Assembly: GCA_004212155.1 (NCBI GenBank)
Contig: RXIG01000017.1
Location: 1-24,015 of the forward strand
Source: an archaeon
Lineage (GTDB): Archaea; Methanobacteriota_B; Thermococci; Methanofastidiosales; NM3
Reading direction: 5' to 3'
DNA length: 24,015 bases
Made by a program: the position numbers and the translations under genes. Position 1 is the stretch's first letter. Each line of letters opens with the position of its first letter. A model generated the notes under the pieces. It saw only the letters and a program-made list of their open reading frames with translations, did no database searches and was not told where the DNA came from. This document shows, piece by piece, positions 16,272 through 24,015 of the stretch.

Positions 16272-17112
16272 ATTCATCTTTAAGGAAGTATGCAAGAAGA
16301 TCGATGTCACGGACGATGCCGACGATATCGCTGTCCTCATCGAGTACCGGCAGCTGTTCGACATCGTATCGACGCATAAGACGCGCACACTCGGCAATCG
16401 TTGTGCTTGGTGAAACGGTGTACACCTCGCCGCTCATGAACTCCTTTGCCGGCTTGTTCGGGAGCTTCAGGCGCTTGGTGCCGATATAGAGCGTGCTCTT
16501 TGACTCCCATGCCCAGTCCTCGTCGTCGTTGCCCTTGTTCATCGACGTCTTCTCGGTCTCGCTCACGATCTCCCCGTTGTTGATGAGGTCGGTGTTGTCG
16601 ATGACGCCCACGAGCTTGCCCATGTTGTCCAGCAGCACGACGGCTATCGACTTGGAGTAGTCCATGATCTTGAAGATGAGTGGAAGCGGCGTCTCATGCC
16701 ATGCGCACATGACGTAATGCTTCATGTAGTTCGAGCACTCGTCTTCGACTTCGAGCTTCGAGAGGCCCCGCTTGATAAGGTCCTCGACCGTCACGATGCC
16801 CTCGAGCTTGCCGTCCTTAACGACCGGAAGACGGTAGATGTTCTTCTCTGAAAGTTTCACCGCCGCATCTGTGATGTCCTCGTCAGCGTCAATGGTCACC
16901 ACGAGCCTCCTCATGATCAGTGCTATCTGTTCTTCATCAGGGTTGCGCAAAAGGTCGTCCAACGTGATCATGCCAACGAGCTTGTGCGTCTTCTCGTCGG
17001 TGACGGGAAGACCGGAAACGTTGTTCTTCTGCATGATCTCCAAGGCCTTCTTCCGGAGGCCGGGGACGTTAACGCTGATAACGTTCTTCGTCATCACTTC
17101 GGAAACTTTCAT
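16270..17112 (-). CDS. Stand-alone CBS-domain protein (4 CBS repeats)
   Basis: Four CBS units: SGLPV..LVGMITLDDL, YRLPVV..LEGIVTVEDL, LVGVIDNTDL, EQLPVL..IVGIVRDIDL. Confidence 0.93.
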   Translation of the reverse strand: MKVSEVMTKNVISVNVPGLRKKALEIMQKNNVSGLPVTDEKTHKLVGMITLDDLLRNPDEEQIALIMRRLVVTIDADEDITDAAVKLSEKNIYRLPVVKDGKLEGIVTVEDLIKRGLSKLEVEDECSNYMKHYVMCAWHETPLPLIFKIMDYSKSIAVVLLDNMGKLVGVIDNTDLINNGEIVSETEKTSMNKGNDDEDWAWESKSTLYIGTKRLKLPNKPAKEFMSGEVYTVSPSTTIAECARLMRRYDVEQLPVLDEDSDIVGIVRDIDLLAYFLKDE

Positions 17113-17146
17113 ATGTTTAACACCACACCATTACACCAAGTAAGGC

Positions 17147-17162
17147 AATATAAAGATTTCTG
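17147..17162 (-). promoter_or_regulatory. BRE-TATA promoter of the CBS gene
   Basis: Minus strand reads CAGAAATC-TTTATATT about 35 nt upstream of ATG 17112. Confidence 0.6.
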
Positions 17163-17190
17163 ATATTTCTGCCTGACTCGAGTAGATATG

Positions 17191-19749
17191 CTACAATGAT
17201 TGTTTTAAAAGGTTAACGGAGGATTGGCCGTCTGGGGCCTCCTCGACCTCGTACGCATAGGGTATCATCTCCTTCACGTCCTCAACGTGGGTTATGATAA
17301 CGATCTGCGAGAAGAAATGCTCGAGCGCGCGAAGCGATGAAAGGAGATTCCTTCTGCGCTCGCCATCAAGCGAAGAGAACGTCTCATCGAGAAAGAGCGA
17401 CTCGAGGTGGGCGAATCCCTGTTCGCGAGACAGCGAAACGAGCACGCGGGATATCCCCACGCGCAGGCACAGGTTGATGAGGTCCTTCTCGCCCCCCGAG
17501 AAGCGGTATATGGGGTAAAACACACCGTTTGATGAGACACGTACGGTGTACTCCTCATCGATGGCAACGGCGGGATACTTCCCCTGGGTCACCTCGTTGA
17601 GAAGCCATGAGACCTCGGACTGGATAAGTGGTTTGAGGCGTTCGTGAATGTTTATCGGAATGTTCCTGAATGCCTCCTTGAGCACCTGATGGTGGTGCAG
17701 GCTCGCCTGGCACTCCTTGAGCGATGAGCGTACTTCATCAAGCTTGACACGCGTCTCTTCCATGCGTTTGCGCATGGCGCGCGCGGATTCTATCTGCTCG
17801 GATAGACGGGCCTCTTTGACGCGAAGTTCCGATACCTCCTCTTCGAGCGCCTGCTTGCTCCCCTGGGCCGCGGTAAGATCCTCGGGTGGCACGAAGACGG
17901 ACCCCATCTGTTCCGAAAGCGAACGTTTCCTCCCCTCGGCATCCTCGATGCTAGCGCGTATGTCGTCTGTTTCCTTAAGGATGGCGTTCTCGCGCGCCAC
18001 CTTTTCAGAGAGATGTTCGAGTTCGCTTGACAGCCGGTCATGCTCGCGCGCCTCGCGCAGCACGCGTTCATATTCAGACTGGTCAAAAGACATCCTTCGA
18101 AGCTCGTCTCGCACCTTTGTGAGCGCCCCCTTCAGCCGTCCCTCAGCCTCGCTCTGCTCGCGCGATAGGTCATCAAGCGCCTTTTTTGCAGCATCGCGTC
18201 GCGACCTCAGGTCCCCGAGACGCGTGCGTTCGCGCTCCAGGGACGAAGCCATGGTTGAGAGCTCATACTTGTCCTCCTCCGCCTTTTGCCTCTTGCGTTC
18301 AAGCGCAGCGACCTGGGTGCGGCTGTCCTCCTTGAGCTGTCGCACGCCCTCGATCTTGGCCTCGAGTGCTTTGATCTTCTTTTCTAGGCCCGCACGTGCG
18401 GAGTCGTTTTTTGCCTCGAGACGTTCGCGCAGTTCGTCTGTGACAGGCTGGTGGCAGGTGGGACATTGCGACGCCCCCTCGAGCGATTCGAGGCTCCTTC
18501 TCTCCTCTTCCAAGGATTCGAGGCGCGACCTGAGTGCGCCAAGGCGCGAACCGAGGTCGTTGATGCGCGCATCGATAAGCTGTTCGTCCTCGCGGGCCTT
18601 GGCTATCTTTTTCAAGTATGAGGAAGGGTCAACATGGGCGGATGAAAGCTCCCTGTGGCGGCGTTCAAGGTCATGCACCGTGCCTTCCTGTGTGGCGATC
18701 TCTGAGGAGAGCCGCTCCATGTCGTCTTGAGCCGCGCGTCGACGTTCCTGGTATTGGCCCCCCACTTCCTTGCATCGGCGTTCTAGTTCCTCTTCCTTTT
18801 GTTTGAGCGAACGGTACCTGTCCCGTACCTGCGAAAGCGCCGATGCTCGTTCAATCGATGGGGCAAGCTCGTCAAGGCGCTCCGATACCAGCGATATGCG
18901 CTCGCGCGCCTGGGCGATCTCCTTGAGCTCGCCCTTGCGGTCCCTGAGCCGCTGGTAGAGTGCCTCCTCCTGCGAGGCAAGCCTGTGCCGTTCGGAGCCA
19001 AGCTCCCGCCAGCGCTCGCGTTGGGAGAGGAGCGAATCCACATGCTCTGCCTGTGCGGACAGCCTGGATGTCGCTTCTTTGAGCTTTTCTGCGGCCTCCT
19101 TGTGTGCGCGGGAGAGCTCCTTCTCGTCGCCGGCGAGCTCCTTGTAGTGTTCCACGGCGGCCTCGAGATTCTCCTTTCGCTCCTTGAGCTGCACGAGCAG
19201 CGTATCGAGCTCCCGCTGCTGGCGCCTCACATCATCGAAGAACTGGTCGTAGAGCTGAAGATTGAAGAGCCGATTTATGATCTCCTTCCTCTTCGACGCG
19301 CGCTGGCTCGTGAGAAGGTCGATCTCCTTCTGGCGTATGAACGATGCCGATATGAACGCCTTGGCGTCCAGGCCGAGCGTGCGCACGATGAACGCTGTGA
19401 CCTCCTTCGATGAGTTTGCCATGACCGAGCCGTCAACATAGGCCTTCGCCTTCGTGCCGTAGGTGACCGAATAGAATCGGTAGACGACGTAGCGCTGATT
19501 CCCGTAGGTGAACGTGAGCTCGACACCCATCTCCTGTTCCCCGTCGCGGACGAGCTCGTCCTGCTTGACCAGCTCCCCCTCCTTCCCTATGGTGGGGGTC
19601 ACGCCGTAGAGGCACCAGCAGATCGCATCGAACAGCGTGGACTTCCCAGCGCCATTGGGGCCGAATATGCCAACGATGCGCGGGCCGAGAGAGATCTGCT
19701 GCTTGGCGTATTTCTTGAAGTTGAGGAGGTCGATCTTCTCGATGATCAT
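17191..19749 (-). CDS. rad50: Rad50/SbcC DNA double-strand-break repair ATPase
   Basis: Walker A GPNGAGKST, Q-loop FIRQ, long coiled coil with central zinc hook CPTC, signature FSGGEK, Walker B/D-loop LFLDETFSSLD, H-loop IITH. Confidence 0.95.
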   Translation of the reverse strand: MIIEKIDLLNFKKYAKQQISLGPRIVGIFGPNGAGKSTLFDAICWCLYGVTPTIGKEGELVKQDELVRDGEQEMGVELTFTYGNQRYVVYRFYSVTYGTKAKAYVDGSVMANSSKEVTAFIVRTLGLDAKAFISASFIRQKEIDLLTSQRASKRKEIINRLFNLQLYDQFFDDVRRQQRELDTLLVQLKERKENLEAAVEHYKELAGDEKELSRAHKEAAEKLKEATSRLSAQAEHVDSLLSQRERWRELGSERHRLASQEEALYQRLRDRKGELKEIAQARERISLVSERLDELAPSIERASALSQVRDRYRSLKQKEEELERRCKEVGGQYQERRRAAQDDMERLSSEIATQEGTVHDLERRHRELSSAHVDPSSYLKKIAKAREDEQLIDARINDLGSRLGALRSRLESLEEERRSLESLEGASQCPTCHQPVTDELRERLEAKNDSARAGLEKKIKALEAKIEGVRQLKEDSRTQVAALERKRQKAEEDKYELSTMASSLERERTRLGDLRSRRDAAKKALDDLSREQSEAEGRLKGALTKVRDELRRMSFDQSEYERVLREAREHDRLSSELEHLSEKVARENAILKETDDIRASIEDAEGRKRSLSEQMGSVFVPPEDLTAAQGSKQALEEEVSELRVKEARLSEQIESARAMRKRMEETRVKLDEVRSSLKECQASLHHHQVLKEAFRNIPINIHERLKPLIQSEVSWLLNEVTQGKYPAVAIDEEYTVRVSSNGVFYPIYRFSGGEKDLINLCLRVGISRVLVSLSREQGFAHLESLFLDETFSSLDGERRRNLLSSLRALEHFFSQIVIITHVEDVKEMIPYAYEVEEAPDGQSSVNLLKQSL

Positions 19750-20831
19750 CGTTCCAGACGCTCCTGTATGATCCGTGAGCCGAGATCGTATATTTCGCTG
19801 GTAAGGTTGTCTGTCATCGTGAGGTAGCGCTCGAGCTCGGCGTAGGGCGAGAAGACGATGCGCTCCCCCTTGATGTTGAGGTAGTCGGACACAACGGTCT
19901 TGTCGTTGATCGTGAAGTATGCGGCACCGCTAGCGTGCTGCTTGATCTCGGCGAAGTTGATGCTGTTTCGCTCCGCCTCGTTCATCGTCCCCGTGAACTC
20001 GATGCGCGCTATCACCTCGTCGACCTCCATCTCGTCGACGAGCTCGATGCTTCGCTCGGTGATCTCATACCCCGTCATATCATCGACGCAGAGCGCACGC
20101 GAGCGCATGGGGCGGCTTGTCACCTCGACGAACTCGGGGTCGCCGTCGACCACGTAAAACCCCTTCTTCTCGCCTATCTCATTGAAGTCGTAGCGCTCGA
20201 TAGACCCGGGATAGACGATCGGCATCCCATCCCGGTGCAGTATCTGCGCCTTGTGGATGTGCCCCATGGCTACATAGTCGTATGGTGGCAGCTCCGTCTT
20301 CTTGACAGCGTCCTCGTCAAAGCACATGTATCGTTCGGAACCAAGCGAAGCGCCCTCAAGCGACGCATGCATCATCAGTACGTTGGTGCCGCTCCCCATG
20401 GGGTGATCAAGATGGGGCTGCGGGGAACCGGTGAACGGCACTGCCTTGACCGTGTAGGGGCCTCGTTCCACCACAGAAGGCGAGAGGACGACGGTGATGT
20501 GGGGCATGTCGCGGTAGAGGATCAGCGGGTTGGAAACGCCCTTGCTACGCGGCGTCTCGTGATTGCCTGGGATGATGATGGTATCGATGGCGTTGCCGGA
20601 AAGCTCGGAGAACCGCTCCTGGACGGCGCGGCGCACGTAGTTTGTGGGATTGACCCTGTCGAAGAGATCGCCGCAAATGAGGAAGAGGTCGGGGCGCGTC
20701 TCGACAACGTAATCGCAAAGCTCATGGAAAGCGCGGATGAAATCCTGCCCGCGCAGATTGAGGCCCGTCTCCGGGTCGATGCGCGAATAGCGCGTGATGC
20801 CCAAGTGAAGGTCTGCGGCATGGACGAACAT
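19746..20831 (-). CDS. mre11: Mre11/SbcD nuclease
   Basis: Phosphoesterase motifs ADLHLG, GDLFD, PGNHE, MMH, MGHIH, YPGS. ATGA overlap with rad50. Confidence 0.95.
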   Translation of the reverse strand: MFVHAADLHLGITRYSRIDPETGLNLRGQDFIRAFHELCDYVVETRPDLFLICGDLFDRVNPTNYVRRAVQERFSELSGNAIDTIIIPGNHETPRSKGVSNPLILYRDMPHITVVLSPSVVERGPYTVKAVPFTGSPQPHLDHPMGSGTNVLMMHASLEGASLGSERYMCFDEDAVKKTELPPYDYVAMGHIHKAQILHRDGMPIVYPGSIERYDFNEIGEKKGFYVVDGDPEFVEVTSRPMRSRALCVDDMTGYEITERSIELVDEMEVDEVIARIEFTGTMNEAERNSINFAEIKQHASGAAYFTINDKTVVSDYLNIKGERIVFSPYAELERYLTMTDNLTSEIYDLGSRIIQERLER

Positions 20832-20833
20832 CG

Positions 20834-21922
20834 TTATGTCACCATGTATGCGTCGAGGAACGCGTCAAGGTCGTCCTTGGTGTTCCAGAAATGGGGCGAG
20901 ACGCGCACGCCACTGCGCTCCGCCACGGCGATGCGCTGCGAGAGAAGGCGCTCCACTGATGCAGATGCCCTATCGTCCTTGACGGATACGATGCCGCCGT
21001 GCGCATCCCACGGCGTCAGGACCGTGTGACCGCCATCGGTGAGACGTTCCATGAGATATGTCGAGAGCGTCATCACCTCGTCCTCGATGCGTTCGACACC
21101 GTAATCGAACATCGTCTGTATAGACCGTGAGAGACCGAGGATGGCGGAGAAGTTGAGATTGCCTATCTCGAACTTGCGTGCGCTGTGTGCAAGGCGGGTG
21201 TTGTCGATGCCAAAGTCCGTGTCGTCCTCAAGCGACGCCCATCCCACAAACGGGGGATCGAATCGTTCCTGCACCTCGCGCGACACGTAGAAGATACCGA
21301 CGCCAAAGGGCGCGGTGAGCCATTTATGGGCGCCGCTGCACAGGATGTCGATGCCCTGATTCTCGACATCGACATGCAGGGCCCCGAGCGCCTGGACGGC
21401 ATCAGATACGACAAGGGCGCCATGCTCGTGGGCGATGCGCGAGATCTCGAGCGTGGGCAGGCGCGAGCCTGTGTCGTAGGTGACCTCCGATATGGTCACT
21501 GCCATGGTGTCGTCATCGATCGCATCCTCGAAATCGCCGACCTCGTAGACACCGTCATGATGGCCTACGAGGCGCACGTCTCCATACTTTCTCTTCCAAG
21601 GGAGGTAGTTGGAGGGAAACTCTGAGCTGGTGGTGACGACGTTGCCGCCTGACGGAAGCATGGCACACGCCGTGTTGAGCCCCTCGCTCGTGTTCTTTAG
21701 GAACGCCACCTCATCCCAGTGGGCACCGATGAGCGCCGCGGTCCGCTGCCTGGCGATATAGACCTTCTCCTTCCACACGTCCCATGCACACTCGGCGCAC
21801 ATCGCCCTGCTCGTGAGGAATTCATTGACCTCACGTGTCACATAACGTGGGAGCGGCGACGTCGCCGCCGTGTTGAGGTACGTATACAATTGGCATATCT
21901 CGAACTCGTCTCGTAGATGCAT
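20834..21922 (-). CDS. Class-V PLP-dependent enzyme (cysteine-desulfurase-like fold without the catalytic Cys loop, C-S-lyase-like)
   Basis: YLNTAATSP, NTSEG, EFPSN, SDAVQ, PLP-lysine motif GAHKWL, KFEIG, VRVSPHFWN. Start placed at ATG 21922, 4 bp after the herA stop. Confidence 0.9.
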   Translation of the reverse strand: MHLRDEFEICQLYTYLNTAATSPLPRYVTREVNEFLTSRAMCAECAWDVWKEKVYIARQRTAALIGAHWDEVAFLKNTSEGLNTACAMLPSGGNVVTTSSEFPSNYLPWKRKYGDVRLVGHHDGVYEVGDFEDAIDDDTMAVTISEVTYDTGSRLPTLEISRIAHEHGALVVSDAVQALGALHVDVENQGIDILCSGAHKWLTAPFGVGIFYVSREVQERFDPPFVGWASLEDDTDFGIDNTRLAHSARKFEIGNLNFSAILGLSRSIQTMFDYGVERIEDEVMTLSTYLMERLTDGGHTVLTPWDAHGGIVSVKDDRASASVERLLSQRIAVAERSGVRVSPHFWNTKDDLDAFLDAYMVT

Positions 21923-21926
21923 GGTA

Positions 21927-23384
21927 TCACTCGTTGAACGCGAAGTCGTCAAAGCCGTCCCGTGGCCGGGGCGTGATGCCCGTGAACGCGGGGACGAAAC
22001 CCGAGAGCGGGAGCGGTACGGAGATGCCCGTCACGATCGTCTCTCCCACGTCAAGGCGGGCCATCTCGTCCTTGAACGCGGTCAGGTCGTTTTCTGAGGA
22101 GGCGACGAGGTGCTCTCGGTCCTTGACGTTGGTAAGCAGCATGATGATGACCGTGTTGAGCTGCGATATGACCTCCTCGTGGATCTTGCGGGGCATCTGG
22201 TCGACCACCATGAGGCCAACGCCGAACTTCCTGCCCTCGCGCACGATCGTCTCGAAGATCGTGAGGCGCGCGATATCGGTGGAGAGGAGCTTGTGGGCCT
22301 CCTCGAGCACGATCAGCGTCTCGGGGACGGCCGTGCCCTTCTTGTGCGCCGTCTTGTAGCGATCGAGCAGATAGCGCGACACGATCGTCGTGATGAGCCG
22401 TATGGCGTAATCGTTGTGCTCGTAGTCGCCGAAGTCGATGACCACGGTACGTCGTTTGCGGAGAGTATCGTAGATGGCCTTGGGCGCATTGAAATCGCCG
22501 CCGACGTAGGGTTGCGAAAGGAGGTTGCGCACCTTGCGCTTCAGCGCGTCGATGGTCGGCTCGAAGAGCTGATTGTCAAAGTCCTGGTGTATCGTCTTCG
22601 TGTCGGTGTCTCGCAGATAACGGATCCACCTGGTATGTTTGCGTGCGCGTATCGCTTCCACCGCCTCGCTTTGCGTCTCGTTGAGGAAGGAGACGAGCTT
22701 GAGGTCGCGCGGTTTAATCTCCTCGAGGGGCAGCGACAGCGTCATGTCCTCGCCGCTTCCCATCCCCATGACGACAACGTCTCTGCTCGCACCCAGACAG
22801 TCCCGCCGGCAGTACTCGCCGTGTACATCGAAAACGAGCGCGGGGGTGTGCATGTCAAGCAGTGTCGAAAGGAGCACCTTGACGGTGTTTGACTTGCCGC
22901 TTCCCGTCTTGCCAAAGACGCCGCAGTGGTGCGTGATGAGCGCCTTCCTATCGAGGTCGATGGGAAGGTCGAGGGTTCGCACCCTGCCGATCTCGACGGT
23001 GTCGGTGCCACGTGCGCGCAGGAACGAGAGGTCGTTCGCATCTGCCAGCCGGACGGGCGAGAGCACCTTTGGGATCGACTTGGCGCCGCGCAGCCGTCCG
23101 TCGATGATGCCGGCGACGCGCGACCTGCAGACGTAGTAGAACTGGTCGCCAAGCACAGACTGTATGTCGTCGTACACGTCTGCTCCGGCACTCATGGCCG
23201 CGACCTTGTCGGCAAGGTCGACGTCGCCCAGGTTGCGCAGTTCGAGGGATGTCACCCGCGCAAGGTAGGTGAGCTGCGACTCGATGACGACGAGCGACCC
23301 GACGTGGACGTCCTCGACATCGACAGAGTCGAGCACGCGAAAGACGACCTCCTCGGTTGAGGAAGAGATGACCTTGCCAATCAT
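21927..23384 (-). CDS. herA: HerA-family ATPase/DNA translocase (HAS barrel plus RecA-like domain)
   Basis: N-terminal barrel (IGKVI...VGSLVVI...LARV), Walker A GKTGSGKS, VFDVHGEY, Walker B LIVLEEAH, REGRKFG, DQMP. Confidence 0.92.
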   Translation of the reverse strand: MIGKVISSSTEEVVFRVLDSVDVEDVHVGSLVVIESQLTYLARVTSLELRNLGDVDLADKVAAMSAGADVYDDIQSVLGDQFYYVCRSRVAGIIDGRLRGAKSIPKVLSPVRLADANDLSFLRARGTDTVEIGRVRTLDLPIDLDRKALITHHCGVFGKTGSGKSNTVKVLLSTLLDMHTPALVFDVHGEYCRRDCLGASRDVVVMGMGSGEDMTLSLPLEEIKPRDLKLVSFLNETQSEAVEAIRARKHTRWIRYLRDTDTKTIHQDFDNQLFEPTIDALKRKVRNLLSQPYVGGDFNAPKAIYDTLRKRRTVVIDFGDYEHNDYAIRLITTIVSRYLLDRYKTAHKKGTAVPETLIVLEEAHKLLSTDIARLTIFETIVREGRKFGVGLMVVDQMPRKIHEEVISQLNTVIIMLLTNVKDREHLVASSENDLTAFKDEMARLDVGETIVTGISVPLPLSGFVPAFTGITPRPRDGFDDFAFNE

Positions 23385-23402
23385 GAAGACACGTCCTCGC
23401 GT

Positions 23403-23421
23403 ATGATAATATACTTTTTGG
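23403..23421 (-). promoter_or_regulatory. Possible promoter of the herA operon (short or no leader)
   Basis: Minus strand CCAAAAAG-TATATTAT about 22-37 nt upstream of ATG 23384, the only AT-rich patch in this spacer. Confidence 0.4.
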
Positions 23422-23483
23422 TCTGTCGCGGTGACAATAAGCGCACCGCTGTTTTCAGGGGCGAAAGGACGCGACTGTCGACA

Positions 23484-24015
23484 TCAGGGATAGGTGAACG
23501 GTATCTCTATCTTGACGGGCAGATTGGGCGTAGGGATCTCTATGGTGAGCATCTGCGTCGAAGATTCCTCGTTTATCTCCTCGAAGACCACGTAGCCTTC
23601 GCGCGTCTCCTTTGCCGAATACTCTCCGCTGAGGGCGGTGGGGCTTCCCACGAAATAGACAGGCCAACGCACGTTCTGGTCGTCAACGATGTAACAGTTG
23701 ATGTTGGGGTAGATCGAATGTCTCCCGTTGAGCAAGTTCTCGATGGTGAGGTCGACCCTGAAGTGCTCCGTCTGCGGTCCTGCGGTGCCGAACTTGGGGT
23801 GTGTGAAGTATCCTGCCGACTCGAGCGTTACCTTGAAGTCGGCGATGGCATCGGATGCACCTATCTCCTTCACATCCCGATACGGGGGTGCCGTCGTGGG
23901 CGGAGCCGTGGTCGGCGCTGCGGTGGTGGTCGGCGGAGCCGTGGTCGGCGCTGCGGTGGTGGTCGGCGGAGCCGTGGTCGGCGCTGCGGTGGTGGTCGGC
24001 GGAGCCGTGGTCTCC
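23484..24015 (-). CDS. Probable cell-surface protein, 5'-truncated by the window edge: Pro/Thr/Ala linker plus beta-sandwich (DUF4352-like) domain
   Basis: The frame of the 23484-23873 ORF stays open to the window end, reading ET(TAPPTTTAAPT)x3 TAPPTTAPPYRDVKEIG. The domain has FRVDLTIEN...YIVDDQN...ETREGYVVFE. Confidence 0.75.
   Translation of the reverse strand, partial: ETTAPPTTTAAPTTAPPTTTAAPTTAPPTTTAAPTTAPPTTAPPYRDVKEIGASDAIADFKVTLESAGYFTHPKFGTAGPQTEHFRVDLTIENLLNGRHSIYPNINCYIVDDQNVRWPVYFVGSPTALSGEYSAKETREGYVVFEEINEESSTQMLTIEIPTPNLPVKIEIPFTYP
23899..24012. repeat. Perfect 33-bp coding tandem repeat (about 3.5 copies)
   Basis: GGCGGAGCCGTGGTCGGCGCTGCGGTGGTGGTC at 23899, 23932 and 23965, with a partial copy at 23998. 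There are no spacers. Confidence 0.95.

Noticed and set aside
17717-23360. Long plus-strand ORFs (17717-18730, 18799-19413, 19935-21029, 22110-22892 and others)
   Set aside because: They are antisense shadows of GC-rich genes with clear motifs, and they show biased composition with no domain signatures. The same applies to the short overlapping ORFs elsewhere in the track.
17191-23384. DNA phosphorothioation (Dnd/Ssp/Pbe) system: desulfurase plus SMC-like ATPase
   Set aside because: The PLP enzyme lacks the DndA/IscS catalytic Cys, there is no DndC/SspD PAPS-reductase-like or DndE gene, and the ATPase has a Rad50 zinc hook and an Mre11 partner.
21927-23384. HerA as part of an anti-phage system (Sir2-HerA/Nezha, HerA-DUF4297)
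   Set aside because: No Sir2, nuclease or other effector gene is adjacent. The mre11-rad50 context points to repair.
23424-23436. TGTC-GCGGT-GACA inverted repeat upstream of the herA promoter as a damage-responsive operator
   Set aside because: The arms are only 4 bp, which is expected by chance, and no second copy was noticed.
23899-24012. 33-bp repeats as a CRISPR array
   Set aside because: The copies are head-to-tail with no spacers, are in frame within a coding region, and no cas genes are present.
16270-24015. Higher GC on the right side as a horizontally acquired island
   Set aside because: Spot counts of single 60-nt lines gave about 62% GC in herA and 42-48% in oppB and the 9125 gene, but also about 62% in ttuA. 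There is no integrase, tRNA or flanking repeat. A proper sliding-window and codon-usage analysis is needed.

Overview
Archaeal chromosomal window. The evidence is a Sec61-beta gene, BRE-TATA promoters of the form cCGAAAt..TTTAwA, oligo-T terminators, a CIGG lipobox and a herA/mre11/rad50 cluster. The style suggests a euryarchaeon, which is inference only. Gene order, left to right: membrane-anchored SlyD/FKBP-type PPIase with an expanded insert; NCS2 nucleobase permease; small membrane protein; minus-strand run of sec61beta, site-2 protease, ubiquitin-like sulfur carrier and TtuA/NcsA tRNA thiolase; acidic protein made of five 30-31-aa repeats; oppA-B-C-D-F peptide ABC operon followed by three membrane genes (unknown, beta-propeller, transglutaminase-like); 4xCBS protein; tightly coupled herA, PLP class-V enzyme, mre11, rad50 operon with no nurA; truncated surface protein with a perfect 33-bp tandem repeat. 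I found no rRNA, tRNA, CRISPR array or mobile element. The best leads are (1) a compact pseudoknot or alternative-helix 5' leader that can cover the Shine-Dalgarno of the nucleobase permease, a candidate archaeal riboswitch or attenuator; (2) a PLP enzyme lacking the desulfurase cysteine inside a NurA-less HerA-Mre11-Rad50 operon; (3) an FKBP with about five IF-domain-like modules; (4) the acidic repeat protein; and (5) the Opp-linked surface module. Family calls come from motif recognition by eye. No searches or folding computations were run.
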